From NCBI GenBank assembly GCA_000146045.2, contig BK006945.2:1014178-1078177 (forward strand): a stretch of DNA of 64,000 nt, written 5' to 3'. The notes beneath the pieces are model-generated. The model was given only the letters and a program-made list of their open reading frames with translations, did not search any database and had not been told where the DNA came from. The translations under genes were made by a program, and so were the position numbers. This document shows, piece after piece, positions 53,046 to 64,000 of the stretch. The stretch comes from TPA_inf: Saccharomyces (Eukaryota). Each line of letters opens with the position of its first letter. Position 1 is the stretch's first letter.

Positions 53046-56000
53046 TACCTGTTAAATATCGTGAAATTGTGCTGCCCAAGTTGAGAAGAGATACTAACAA
53101 AATGACCGCGGCTCTTAAAAATAAAGTCGCTGTTGCAATTGACGAGCTTACGGTGCCACTTATGTGGATGATCCATTTTGCCGTAGGATACCCTTACCGT
53201 TATCCAGAGCTTCAGCTACTCGCTTTTGCCGGTCCTCAGCGCAACGTATACGTCGATGATACAACAAGACGCATCCAACTGTACACTGATTACAACAAGA
53301 ACGGTTCATCGGAGCCTCGACTAAAGACGCTTGACGGACTCACTTCAGATTACGTGTTTTATTTTGTCACTGTGCTAAGGCAAATGCAAATATGTGCGCT
53401 TGGTAACAGTTATGACGCTTTTAATCATGATCCTTGGATGGATGTGGTGGGATTTGAGGATCCAGATCAAGTAACAAATCGAGACATTTCGAGGATAGTT
53501 TTGTATTCCTACATGTTTCTGAATACCGCGAAGGGCTGTCTGGTTGAATACGCAACTTTTCGGCAGTACATGAGGGAACTTCCGAAGAATGCACCTCAGA
53601 AGCTGAATTTTCGGGAGATGCGTCAGGGGTTGATTGCCCTAGGACGGCACTGCGTAGGTAGCAGATTTGAAACAGATTTGTACGAGTCGGCGACGAGTGA
53701 ACTCATGGCCAATCATTCCGTTCAAACAGGGCGAAATATTTACGGTGTGGATTCCTTTTCGTTAACTAGTGTCAGTGGGACGACCGCCACTTTATTGCAG
53801 GAACGAGCTTCCGAGCGCTGGATTCAATGGTTAGGCCTTGAAAGCGACTACCATTGTTCATTCTCTAGTACTCGGAATGCGGAAGACGTAGTGGCAGGTG
53901 AGGCGGCGAGTTCAGATCATCATCAAAAAATTTCAAGAGTAACGCGAAAAAGGCCCCGAGAGCCCAAGAGTACAAACGATATCCTCGTCGCAGGCCGGAA
54001 ACTCTTTGGCAGCTCCTTTGAATTCAGGGACTTGCATCAGTTGCGCTTATGTCATGAAATATACATGGCAGACACACCCTCTGTGGCAGTACAGGCCCCA
54101 CCGGGCTATGGTAAGACGGAGTTATTTCATCTCCCCTTGATAGCACTGGCGTCTAAGGGCGACGTGAAATATGTGTCGTTTCTGTTTGTACCGTACACAG
54201 TGTTGCTTGCTAATTGCATGATCAGGTTGAGCCGATGCGGTTGCTTGAATGTGGCCCCTGTAAGAAACTTTATTGAAGAAGGTTGCGATGGCGTTACTGA
54301 TTTATACGTGGGGATCTACGATGATCTTGCTAGCACTAATTTCACAGACAGGATAGCTGCGTGGGAGAATATTGTTGAGTGCACCTTTAGGACCAACAAC
54401 GTAAAATTGGGTTACCTCATTGTAGATGAGTTTCACAACTTTGAAACGGAGGTCTACCGGCAGTCGCAATTTGGGGGCATAACTAACCTTGATTTTGACG
54501 CTTTTGAGAAAGCAATCTTTTTGAGCGGCACAGCACCTGAGGCTGTAGCTGATGCTGCGTTGCAGCGTATTGGGCTTACGGGACTGGCCAAGAAGTCGAT
54601 GGACATCAACGAGCTCAAACGGTCGGAAGATCTCAGCAGAGGTCTATCCAGCTATCCAACACGGATGTTTAATCTAATCAAGGAGAAATCCGAGGTGCCT
54701 TTAGGGCATGTTCATAAAATTTGGAAGAAAGTGGAATCACAGCCCGAAGAAGCACTGAAGCTTCTTTTAGCCCTCTTTGAAATTGAACCAGAGTCGAAGG
54801 CCATTGTAGTTGCAAGCACAACCAACGAAGTGGAAGAATTGGCCTGCTCTTGGAGAAAGTATTTTAGGGTGGTATGGATACACGGGAAGCTGGGTGCTGC
54901 AGAAAAGGTGTCTCGCACAAAGGAGTTTGTCACTGACGGTAGCATGCGAGTTCTCATCGGAACGAAATTAGTGACTGAAGGAATTGACATTAAGCAATTG
55001 ATGATGGTGATCATGCTTGATAATAGACTTAATATTATTGAGCTCATTCAAGGCGTAGGGAGACTAAGAGATGGGGGCCTCTGTTATCTATTATCTAGAA
55101 AAAACAGTTGGGCGGCAAGGAATCGTAAGGGTGAATTACCACCGATTAAGGAAGGCTGTATAACCGAACAGGTACGCGAGTTCTATGGACTTGAATCAAA
55201 GAAAGGAAAAAAGGGCCAGCATGTTGGATGCTGTGGCTCCAGGACAGACCTGTCTGCTGACACAGTGGAACTGATAGAAAGAATGGACAGATTGGCTGAA
55301 AAACAGGCGACAGCTTCCATGTCGATCATTGCGTTACCGTCTAGCTTCCAGGAGAGCAATAGCAGTGACAGGTGCAGAAAGTATTGCAGCAGTGATGAGG
55401 ACAGCGACACGTGCATTCATGGTAGTGCTAATGCCAGTACCAATGCGACTACCAACTCCAGCACTAATGCTACTACCACTGCCAGCACCAACGTCAGGAC
55501 TAGTGCTACTACCACTGCCAGCATCAACGTCAGGACTAGTGCGATTACCACTGAAAGTACCAACTCCAGCACTAATGCTACTACCACTGCCAGCACCAAC
55601 GTCAGGACTAGTGCTACTACCACTGCCAGCATCAACGTCAGGACTAGTGCGACTACCACTGAAAGTACCAACTCCAACACTAGTGCTACTACCACCGAAA
55701 GTACCGACTCCAACACTAGTGCTACTACCACCGAAAGTACCGACTCCAACACTAGTGCTACTACCACTGCTAGCACCAACTCCAGCACTAATGCCACTAC
55801 CACTGCTAGCACCAACTCCAGCACTAATGCCACTACCACTGAAAGTACCAACGCTAGTGCCAAGGAGGACGCCAATAAAGATGGCAATGCTGAGGATAAT
55901 AGATTCCATCCAGTCACCGACATTAACAAAGAGTCGTATAAGCGGAAAGGGAGTCAAATGGTTTTGCTAGAGAGAAAGAAACTGAAAGCACAATTTCCCA

Positions 56001-57058
56001 ATACTTCCGAGAATATGAATGTCTTACAGTTTCTTGGATTTCGGTCTGACGAAATTAAACATCTTTTCCTCTATGGTATTGACGTATACTTCTGCCCAGA
56101 GGGAGTATTCACACAATACGGATTATGCAAGGGCTGTCAAAAGATGTTCGAGCTCTGTGTCTGTTGGGCTGGCCAGAAAGTATCGTATCGGAGGATGGCT
56201 TGGGAAGCACTAGCTGTGGAGAGAATGCTGCGAAATGACGAGGAATACAAAGAATACTTGGAAGACATCGAGCCATATCATGGGGACCCTGTAGGATATT
56301 TGAAATATTTTAGCGTAAAAAGGGGAGAGATCTACTCTCAGATACAGAGAAATTATGCTTGGTACCTGGCCATTACTAGAAGAAGAGAAACAATTAGTGT
56401 ATTGGATTCGACAAGAGGCAAGCAAGGGAGCCAAGTTTTCCGCATGTCTGGAAGGCAGATCAAAGAGTTGTATTATAAAGTATGGAGCAACTTGCGTGAA
56501 TCGAAGACAGAGGTGCTGCAGTACTTTTTGAACTGGGACGAGAAAAAGTGCCGGGAAGAATGGGAGGCAAAAGACGATACGGTCTTTGTGGAAGCGCTCG
56601 AGAAAGTTGGAGTTTTTCAGCGTTTGCGTTCCATGACGAGCGCTGGACTGCAGGGTCCGCAGTACGTCAAGCTGCAGTTTAGCAGGCATCATCGACAGTT
56701 GAGGAGCAGATATGAATTAAGTCTAGGAATGCACTTGCGAGATCAGCTTGCGCTGGGAGTTACCCCATCTAAAGTGCCGCATTGGACGGCATTCCTGTCG
56801 ATGCTGATAGGGCTGTTCTACAATAAAACATTTCGGCAGAAACTGGAATATCTTTTGGAGCAGATTTCGGAGGTGTGGTTGTTACCACATTGGCTTGATT
56901 TGGCAAACGTTGAAGTTCTCGCTGCAGATAACACGAGGGTACCGCTGTACATGCTGATGGTAGCGGTTCACAAAGAGCTGGATAGCGATGATGTTCCAGA
57001 CGGTAGATTTGATATAATATTACTATGTAGAGATTCGAGCAGAGAAGTTGGAGAGTGA
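52910..57058 (+). CDS. YRF1-4: Y' helicase ORF fragment 3 (1382 aa) carrying the SF2 helicase motifs; YRF1-4-like
   Basis: Contains Walker A (APPGYGKTE), DEFH (motif II) and [10 protein letters not shown] (motif VI), plus the Thr/Ser/Asn-rich 12-aa repeat block. It is 100% collinear with the C-terminal 1382 aa of the copy-2 ORF. The 1382-aa length matches YLR466W. Confidence 0.8.
55430..55860 (+). repeat. 36-bp in-frame minisatellite (about 12 units) inside the Y' helicase ORF, copy 1
   Basis: Tandem units such as ACCAACGTCAGGACTAGTGCTACTACCACTGCCAGC / ACCAACTCCAGCACTAATGCTACTACCACTGCCAGC encode (T/S)N(V/S/A)(R/S)TSATTTAS-type 12-mers. They generate spurious ORFs on both strands in the six-frame track. 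Confidence 0.85.
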
Positions 57059-57246
57059 AGGAAATTGTTGTTACGAAAGTCAGTGATTATGTATTGTGTA
57101 GTATAGTATATTGTAAGAAATTTTTTTTTCTAGGGAATATGCGTTTTGATGTAGTAGTATTTCACTGTTTTGATTTAGTGTTTGTTGCACGGCAGTAGCG
57201 AGAGACAAGTGGGAAAGAGTAGGATAAAAAGACAATCTATAAAAAG

Positions 57247-57257
57247 TAAACATAAAA
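57247..57257 (-). promoter_or_regulatory. ARS consensus (TTTTATGTTTA on the minus strand) near the telomere-proximal end of Y' copy 1
   Basis: Plus strand reads TAAACATAAAA, and the reverse complement TTTTATGTTTA is an exact match to WTTTAYRTTTW. Y' elements are known to carry an ARS, and the same motif recurs at 63907-63917 in copy 2. Confidence 0.55.
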
Positions 57258-57454
57258 TAAAGGTAGTAAGTAGCTTTTGGTTGAACATCCGGGTAAGAGA
57301 CAACAGGGCTTGGAGGAGACGTACATGAGGGCTATTTAGGGCTATTTAGGGCTATGTAGAAGTGCTGTAGGGCTAAAGAACAGGGTTTCATTTTCATTTT
57401 TTTTTTTTAATTTCGGTCAGAAAGCCGGGTAAGGTATGACAGCGAGAGTAGAGG

Positions 57455-57480
57455 TAGATGTGAGAGAGTGTGTGGGTATA
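57455..57480 (+). repeat. Short degenerate TG1-3-like tract at the Y'-Y' junction
   Basis: GATGTGAGAGAGTGTGTGGGTATA occupies the position where the 128-bp TG1-3 tract sits at the X-Y' junction. Only about 20 bp are TG-like. Confidence 0.5.
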
Positions 57481-58330
57481 TATATGTCACTGTATTGCAT
57501 GCTGGATGGTGTTAGACAAGGCCGTAGGGACATATAGCATCTAGGAAGTAACCTTGTACGAAAATAGGCAATATTTCCTGTTTAGGCGATTGTGACGCAG
57601 ATTTTAGTCCAACGATCTAGCGTCAAGGAATTTTTTTATAGTGGGACATTGCACCAAGGAAGTAACTTGATACGTCGTGGGTGAATGGGTCTGTTTTCTT
57701 ATTCGGCGGGGTAATACATTTTTGGGGGAAGTTTGTCTGTCTGACGCGCCATATGTAGGTACGCCAAAAAGGGCTCCTCTACTTCGAAGCGCGAGGTCGT
57801 ATACCTAATAAGGAAATGTAATTTATAACTTTCTATTATATTGGTCTTTTCGAGAGCGGAAGAAGTTGTAGGCTAAGCGCAGGCTAAGCGTAGGTCCATA
57901 TTTAAAGTATCCAAGAGAATATCCACGAAGCGGCTGAGCAACGAACAGAATCCTGGTTCTCCTCGACTAAGCAGATAGTTAAGATACTGTGCACCATGGA
58001 AATTGAAAACGAAAGTACGTACCGACTACTTTATTTTTGCAGGCCGGAAATCAAGCGATGAATGAGACATCCTTCTGTTTTCTATGTTGGGACAGACAGT
58101 CGCTTATCTTAGTGAGATTTCTTATTAACTGAATTTTCTTTGCTGCTGCTGGAGATTTGCACCTGCATAGCGCAGATTCTGCTTCTTCTCAATAGAGTAG
58201 CTTAATTATTACATTCTTAGATGATGATAAGACGGAAACTGGACAATCTTTTGTTTATATTGATGGATTTCTTGTCAAAAAGCATAACAATCAACATACT
58301 ATTGTTAATTTCGAAACTTACAAAAATAAA

Positions 58331-61300
58331 ATGAAAGTTTCCGATAGGCGTAAGTTTGAAAAAGCAAACTTTGACGAGTTTGAGTCGGCTCTAAATAACA
58401 AAAACGACTTGGTACATTGTCCCTCAATAACTTTATTTGAATCGATCCCCACGGAAGTGCGGTCATTCTACGAAGACGAAAAGTCTGGCCTAATCAAAGT
58501 GGTAAAATTCAGAACTGGTGCAATGGATAGGAAAAGGTCTTTTGAAAAAATTGTCATTTCCGTCATGGTCGGGAAAAATGTACAAAAGTTCCTGACATTT
58601 GTTGAAGACGAACCAGATTTCCAGGGCGGACCAATCCCTTCAAAGTATCTTATTCCCAAGAAAATCAACTTGATGGTCTACACGTTGTTTCAAGTGCATA
58701 CTTTGAAATTCAATAGAAAGGATTACGATACCCTTTCTCTTTTTTACCTCAACAGAGGATACTATAATGAGTTGAGTTTCCGTGTCCTGGAACGTTGTCA
58801 CGAAATAGCGAGTGCCAGGCCGAACGACAGCTCTACGATGCGTACTTTCACTGACTTTGTTTCTGGCGCACCTATTGTAAGGAGTCTTCAGAAAAGCACC
58901 ATAAGGAAATATGGGTACAATTTGGCACCCTACATGTTCTTGTTACTACACGTAGATGAGCTATCGATTTTTTCTGCATACCAAGCAAGTTTACCTGGCG
59001 AAAAGAAAGTCGACACAGAGCGGCTGAAGCGTGATCTATGCCCACGTAAACCCATTGAGATAAAGTACTTTTCACAGATATGTAACGATATGATGAACAA
59101 AAAAGACCGATTGGGTGATATTTTGCATATTATCTTGCGAGCATGTGCGCTCAATTTCGGGGCGGGTCCCCGTGGTGGCGCTGGTGACGAAGAGGATCGA
59201 TCTATTACGAATGAAGAACCCATTATTCCCTCTGTGGACGAGCATGGCTTGAAAGTATGTAAGTTGCGTAGTCCTAACACTCCACGAAGACTCAGAAAAA
59301 CACTAGATGCCGTGAAAGCTTTATTGGTGTCGTCTTGTGCTTGTACTGCAAGGGATTTAGATATATTTGATGACACCAACGGCGTTGCAATGTGGAAATG
59401 GATCAAAATTCTGTACCACGAAGTAGCGCAGGAAACCACGCTGAAGGACTCTTATAGAATAACTTTGGTACCTTCTTCTGATGGTATATCAGTATGTGGA
59501 AAACTTTTTAATCGCGAGTATGTCCGCGGCTTTTACTTTGCATGCAAGGCTCAGTTCGATAACCTTTGGGGAGAGTTGAACAACTGCTTTTATATGCCTA
59601 CAGTGGTTGATATTGCCAGCCTCATTTTGCGTAATCGAGAAGTTTTGTTCAGAGAGCCAAAGCGAGGAATTGACGAGTATCTGGAAAACGATTCTTTTCT
59701 TCAAATGATACCTGTTAAATATCGTGAAATTGTGCTGCCCAAGTTGAGAAGAGATACTAACAAAATGACCGCGGCTCTTAAAAATAAAGTCACTGTTGCA
59801 ATTGACGAGCTTACGGTGCCACTTATGTGGATGGTCCATTTTGCCGTAGGATACCCTTACCGTTATCCAGAGCTTCAGCTACTCGCTTTTGCCGGTCCTC
59901 AGCGCAACGTATACGTCGATGATACAACAAGACGCATCCAACTGTACACTGATTACAACAAGAACGGTTCATCGGAGCCTCGACTTAAGACGCTTGACGG
60001 ACTCACTTCAGATTACGTGTTTTATTTTGTCACTGTGCTAAGGCAAATGCAAATATGTGCGCTTGGTAACAGTTATGACGCTTTTAATCATGATCCTTGG
60101 ATGGATGTGGTGGGATTTGAGGATCCAGATCAAGTAACAAATCGAGACATTTCGAGGATAGTTTTGTATTCCTACATGTTTCTGAATACCGCGAAGGGCT
60201 GTCTGGTTGAATACGCAACTTTTCGGCAGTACATGAGGGAACTTCCGAAGAATGCACCTCAGAAGCTGAATTTTCGGGAGATGCGTCAGGGGTTGATTGC
60301 CCTAGGACGGCACTGCGTAGGTAGCAGATTTGAAACAGATTTGTACGAGTCGGCGACGAGTGAACTCATGGCCAATCATTCCGTTCAAACAGGGCGAAAT
60401 ATTTACGGTGTGGATTCCTTTTCGTTAACTAGTGTCAGTGGGACGACCGCCACTTTATTGCAGGAACGAGCTTCCGAGCGCTGGATTCAATGGTTAGGCC
60501 TTGAAAGCGACTACCATTGTTCATTCTCTAGTACTCGGAATGCGGAAGACGTAGTGGCAGGTGAGGCGGCGAGTTCAGATCATGATCAAAAAATTTCAAG
60601 AGTAACGCGAAAAAGGCCCCGAGAGCCCAAGAGTACAAACGATATCCTCGTCGCAGGCCAGAAACTCTTTGGCAGCTCCTTTGAATTCAGGGACTTGCAT
60701 CAGTTGCGCTTATGTCATGAAATATACATGGCAGACACACCCTCTGTGGCAGTACAGGCCCCACCGGGCTATGGTAAGACGGAGTTATTTCATCTCCCCT
60801 TGATAGCACTGGCGTCTAAGGGCGACGTGAAATATGTGTCGTTTCTGTTTGTACCGTACACAGTGTTGCTTGCTAATTGCATGATCAGGTTGAGCCGATG
60901 CGGTTGCTTGAATGTGGCCCCTGTAAGAAACTTTATTGAAGAAGGTTGCGATGGCGTTACTGATTTATACGTGGGGATCTACGATGATCTTGCTAGCACT
61001 AATTTCACAGACAGGATAGCTGCGTGGGAGAATATTGTTGAGTGCACCTTTAGGACCAACAACGTAAAATTGGGTTACCTCATTGTAGATGAGTTTCACA
61101 ACTTTGAAACGGAGGTCTACCGGCAGTCGCAATTTGGGGGCATAACTAACCTTGATTTTGACGCTTTTGAGAAAGCAATCTTTTTGAGCGGCACAGCACC
61201 TGAGGCTGTAGCTGATGCTGCGTTGCAGCGTATTGGGCTTACGGGACTGGCCAAGAAGTCGATGGACATCAACGAGCTCAAACGGTCGGAAGATCTCAGC

Positions 61301-63721
61301 AGAGGTCTATCCAGCTATCCAACACGGATGTTTAATCTAATCAAGGAGAAATCCGAGGTGCCTTTAGGGCATGTTCATAAAATTTGGAAGAAAGTGGAAT
61401 CACAGCCCGAAGAAGCACTGAAGCTTCTTTTAGCCCTCTTTGAAATTGAACCAGAGTCGAAGGCCATTGTAGTTGCAAGCACAACCAACGAAGTGGAAGA
61501 ATTGGCCTGCTCTTGGAGAAAGTATTTTAGGGTGGTATGGATACACGGGAAGCTGGGTGCTGCAGAAAAGGTGTCTCGCACAAAGGAGTTTGTCACTGAC
61601 GGTAGCATGCGAGTTCTCATCGGAACGAAATTAGTGACTGAAGGAATTGACATTAAGCAATTGATGATGGTGATCATGCTTGATAATAGACTTAATATTA
61701 TTGAGCTCATTCAAGGCGTAGGGAGACTAAGAGATGGGGGCCTCTGTTATCTATTATCTAGAAAAAACAGTTGGGCGGCAAGGAATCGTAAGGGTGAATT
61801 ACCACCGATTAAGGAAGGCTGTATAACCGAACAGGTACGCGAGTTCTATGGACTTGAATCAAAGAAAGGAAAAAAGGGCCAGCATGTTGGATGCTGTGGC
61901 TCCAGGACAGACCTGTCTGCTGACACAGTGGAACTGATAGAAAGAATGGACAGATTGGCTGAAAAACAGGCGACAGCTTCCATGTCGATCATTGCGTTAC
62001 CGTCTAGCTTCCAGGAGAGCAATAGCAGTGACAGGTGCAGAAAGTATTGCAGCAGTGATGAGGACAGCGACACGTGCATTCATGGTAGTGCTAATGCCAG
62101 TACCAATGCGACTACCAACTCCAGCACTAATGCTACTACCACTGCCAGCACCAACGTCAGGACTAGTGCTACTACCACTGCCAGCATCAACGTCAGGACT
62201 AGTGCGATTACCACTGAAAGTACCAACTCCAGCACTAATGCTACTACCACTGCCAGCACCAACGTCAGGACTAGTGCTACTACCACTGCCAGCATCAACG
62301 TCAGGACTAGTGCGACTACCACTGAAAGTACCAACTCCAACACTAGTGCTACTACCACCGAAAGTACCGACTCCAACACTAGTGCTACTACCACCGAAAG
62401 TACCGACTCCAACACTAGTGCTACTACCACTGCTAGCACCAACTCCAGCACTAATGCCACTACCACTGCTAGCACCAACTCCAGCACTAATGCCACTACC
62501 ACTGAAAGTACCAACGCTAGTGCCAAGGAGGACGCCAATAAAGATGGCAATGCTGAGGATAATAGATTCCATCCAGTCACCGACATTAACAAAGAGTCGT
62601 ATAAGCGGAAAGGGAGTCAAATGGTTTTGCTAGAGAGAAAGAAACTGAAAGCACAATTTCCCAATACTTCCGAGAATATGAATGTCTTACAGTTTCTTGG
62701 ATTTCGGTCTGACGAAATTAAACATCTTTTCCTCTATGGTATTGACGTATACTTCTGCCCAGAGGGAGTATTCACACAATACGGATTATGCAAGGGCTGT
62801 CAAAAGATGTTCGAGCTCTGTGTCTGTTGGGCTGGCCAGAAAGTATCGTATCGGAGGATGGCTTGGGAAGCACTAGCTGTGGAGAGAATGCTGCGAAATG
62901 ACGAGGAATACAAAGAATACTTGGAAGACATCGAGCCATATCATGGGGACCCTGTAGGATATTTGAAATATTTTAGCGTAAAAAGGGGAGAGATCTACTC
63001 TCAGATACAGAGAAATTATGCTTGGTACCTGGCCATTACTAGAAGAAGAGAAACAATTAGTGTATTGGATTCGACAAGAGGCAAGCAAGGGAGCCAAGTT
63101 TTCCGCATGTCTGGAAGGCAGATCAAAGAGTTGTATTATAAAGTATGGAGCAACTTGCGTGAATCGAAGACAGAGGTGCTGCAGTACTTTTTGAACTGGG
63201 ACGAGAAAAAGTGCCGGGAAGAATGGGAGGCAAAAGACGATACGGTCTTTGTGGAAGCGCTCGAGAAAGTTGGAGTTTTTCAGCGTTTGCGTTCCATGAC
63301 GAGCGCTGGACTGCAGGGTCCGCAGTACGTCAAGCTGCAGTTTAGCAGGCATCATCGACAGTTGAGGAGCAGATATGAATTAAGTCTAGGAATGCACTTG
63401 CGAGATCAGCTTGCGCTGGGAGTTACCCCATCTAAAGTGCCGCATTGGACGGCATTCCTGTCGATGCTGATAGGGCTGTTCTACAATAAAACATTTCGGC
63501 AGAAACTGGAATATCTTTTGGAGCAGATTTCGGAGGTGTGGTTGTTACCACATTGGCTTGATTTGGCAAACGTTGAAGTTCTCGCTGCAGATAACACGAG
63601 GGTACCGCTGTACATGCTGATGGTAGCGGTTCACAAAGAGCTGGATAGCGATGATGTTCCAGACGGTAGATTTGATATAATATTACTATGTAGAGATTCG
63701 AGCAGAGAAGTTGGAGAGTGA
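58331..63721 (+). CDS. YRF1-5: Intact Y'-encoded SF2 helicase (1796 aa); YRF1-5-like
   Basis: A single 5.4-kb ORF that concatenates what are three fragments in copy 1. Carries Walker A GYGKTE, DEFH and [10 protein letters not shown]. The 1796-aa length matches Y'-Help1/YRF1 proteins. Confidence 0.85.
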   Translation: MKVSDRRKFEKANFDEFESALNNKNDLVHCPSITLFESIPTEVRSFYEDEKSGLIKVVKFRTGAMDRKRSFEKIVISVMVGKNVQKFLTFVEDEPDFQGGPIPSKYLIPKKINLMVYTLFQVHTLKFNRKDYDTLSLFYLNRGYYNELSFRVLERCHEIASARPNDSSTMRTFTDFVSGAPIVRSLQKSTIRKYGYNLAPYMFLLLHVDELSIFSAYQASLPGEKKVDTERLKRDLCPRKPIEIKYFSQICNDMMNKKDRLGDILHIILRACALNFGAGPRGGAGDEEDRSITNEEPIIPSVDEHGLKVCKLRSPNTPRRLRKTLDAVKALLVSSCACTARDLDIFDDTNGVAMWKWIKILYHEVAQETTLKDSYRITLVPSSDGISVCGKLFNREYVRGFYFACKAQFDNLWGELNNCFYMPTVVDIASLILRNREVLFREPKRGIDEYLENDSFLQMIPVKYREIVLPKLRRDTNKMTAALKNKVTVAIDELTVPLMWMVHFAVGYPYRYPELQLLAFAGPQRNVYVDDTTRRIQLYTDYNKNGSSEPRLKTLDGLTSDYVFYFVTVLRQMQICALGNSYDAFNHDPWMDVVGFEDPDQVTNRDISRIVLYSYMFLNTAKGCLVEYATFRQYMRELPKNAPQKLNFREMRQGLIALGRHCVGSRFETDLYESATSELMANHSVQTGRNIYGVDSFSLTSVSGTTATLLQERASERWIQWLGLESDYHCSFSSTRNAEDVVAGEAASSDHDQKISRVTRKRPREPKSTNDILVAGQKLFGSSFEFRDLHQLRLCHEIYMADTPSVAVQAPPGYGKTELFHLPLIALASKGDVKYVSFLFVPYTVLLANCMIRLSRCGCLNVAPVRNFIEEGCDGVTDLYVGIYDDLASTNFTDRIAAWENIVECTFRTNNVKLGYLIVDEFHNFETEVYRQSQFGGITNLDFDAFEKAIFLSGTAPEAVADAALQRIGLTGLAKKSMDINELKRSEDLSRGLSSYPTRMFNLIKEKSEVPLGHVHKIWKKVESQPEEALKLLLALFEIEPESKAIVVASTTNEVEELACSWRKYFRVVWIHGKLGAAEKVSRTKEFVTDGSMRVLIGTKLVTEGIDIKQLMMVIMLDNRLNIIELIQGVGRLRDGGLCYLLSRKNSWAARNRKGELPPIKEGCITEQVREFYGLESKKGKKGQHVGCCGSRTDLSADTVELIERMDRLAEKQATASMSIIALPSSFQESNSSDRCRKYCSSDEDSDTCIHGSANASTNATTNSSTNATTTASTNVRTSATTTASINVRTSAITTESTNSSTNATTTASTNVRTSATTTASINVRTSATTTESTNSNTSATTTESTDSNTSATTTESTDSNTSATTTASTNSSTNATTTASTNSSTNATTTESTNASAKEDANKDGNAEDNRFHPVTDINKESYKRKGSQMVLLERKKLKAQFPNTSENMNVLQFLGFRSDEIKHLFLYGIDVYFCPEGVFTQYGLCKGCQKMFELCVCWAGQKVSYRRMAWEALAVERMLRNDEEYKEYLEDIEPYHGDPVGYLKYFSVKRGEIYSQIQRNYAWYLAITRRRETISVLDSTRGKQGSQVFRMSGRQIKELYYKVWSNLRESKTEVLQYFLNWDEKKCREEWEAKDDTVFVEALEKVGVFQRLRSMTSAGLQGPQYVKLQFSRHHRQLRSRYELSLGMHLRDQLALGVTPSKVPHWTAFLSMLIGLFYNKTFRQKLEYLLEQISEVWLLPHWLDLANVEVLAADNTRVPLYMLMVAVHKELDSDDVPDGRFDIILLCRDSSREVGE
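62093..62523 (+). repeat. 36-bp in-frame minisatellite inside the Y' helicase ORF, copy 2
   Basis: Same repeat array as 55430-55860, with identical unit number and sequence as far as I can see by eye. Confidence 0.85.
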
Positions 63722-64000
63722 AGGAAATTGTTGTTACGAAAGTCAGTGATTATGTATTGTGTAGTATAGTATATTGTAAGAAATTTTTTTTTCTAGGGAA
63801 TATGCGTTTTGATGTAGTAGTATTTCACTGTTTTGATTTAGTGTTTGTTGCACGGCAGTAGCGAGAGACAAGTGGGAAAGAGTAGGATAAAAAGACAATC
63901 TATAAAAAGTAAACATAAAATAAAGGTAGTAAGTAGCTTTTGGTTGAACATCCGGGTAAGAGACAACAGGGCTTGGAGGAGACGTACATGAGGGCTATTT

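Larger units (their letters stand above)
50980..57478 (+). repeat. Y' subtelomeric element, copy 1 (long class, ~6.5 kb), helicase ORF disrupted
   Basis: Aligns nearly base-for-base with 57479-64000 at a period of about 6498 bp. The N-terminal part of the helicase ORF is split into three frames by indels relative to copy 2. Confidence 0.9.
57479..64000 (+). repeat. Y' subtelomeric element, copy 2 (long class), truncated by the end of the window
   Basis: Starts with the same TATATGTCACTGTATTGCATGCTGGATGG sequence as copy 1. It contains the intact helicase ORF. The window ends about 150 bp before where copy 1 reaches its distal junction. Confidence 0.9.

Noticed and set aside
55329-55970. Long ORFs on both strands (213, 207 and 170 aa) across the 36-bp repeat array, repeated at 61992-62633
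   Set aside because: These are artefacts of a stop-free tandem repeat read in alternative frames or on the other strand. Their low-complexity LVLLPLP / GSGSSTS products are not credible proteins.
57300-57350. Triplicated AGGGCTATTT decamer near the distal end of Y' copy 1
   Set aside because: It is a small, perfect micro-repeat within the conserved Y' terminal region. It is too short to call a feature and shows no evident function.

Overview
This window reads as the right-arm terminal ~64 kb of Saccharomyces cerevisiae chromosome XII, and it is thoroughly characterised: I found no undescribed system. The assignment rests on the order of proteins I recognise from the translations: MRPL4, SEC39, RPS1A, SIR3, ECM7, GMC2, YLR446W, VMA6, RPL6B, FPR4, HMG2, LEU3, SST2, RIF2, FMP27/HOB2, tRNA-Ile(AAU), PDP3, YLR456W, NBP1, GAB1, YLR460C and PAU4. 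Beyond PAU4 come a core X element, subtelomeric repeats, an interstitial TG1-3 tract, and two tandem Y' elements. Y' copy 1 (about 50.98-57.48 kb) carries a helicase ORF broken into three pieces (YLR462W, YLR464W, YLR466W/YRF1-4 pattern). Y' copy 2 (57.48 kb to the window end) carries an intact 1796-aa helicase ORF (YRF1-5 pattern) and is truncated by the end of the sequence, so no terminal TG repeats are present. I also see two spliced genes (RPL6B with canonical signals, GMC2 with weak ones), a diverged solo Ty1/Ty2 delta LTR beside the tRNA, paired Rap1 sites plus an unusual GC-rich island upstream of RPL6B, and a 36-bp in-frame minisatellite inside each Y' ORF. Everything fits what is known for this chromosome end; the findings are sequence-level observations of modest novelty.
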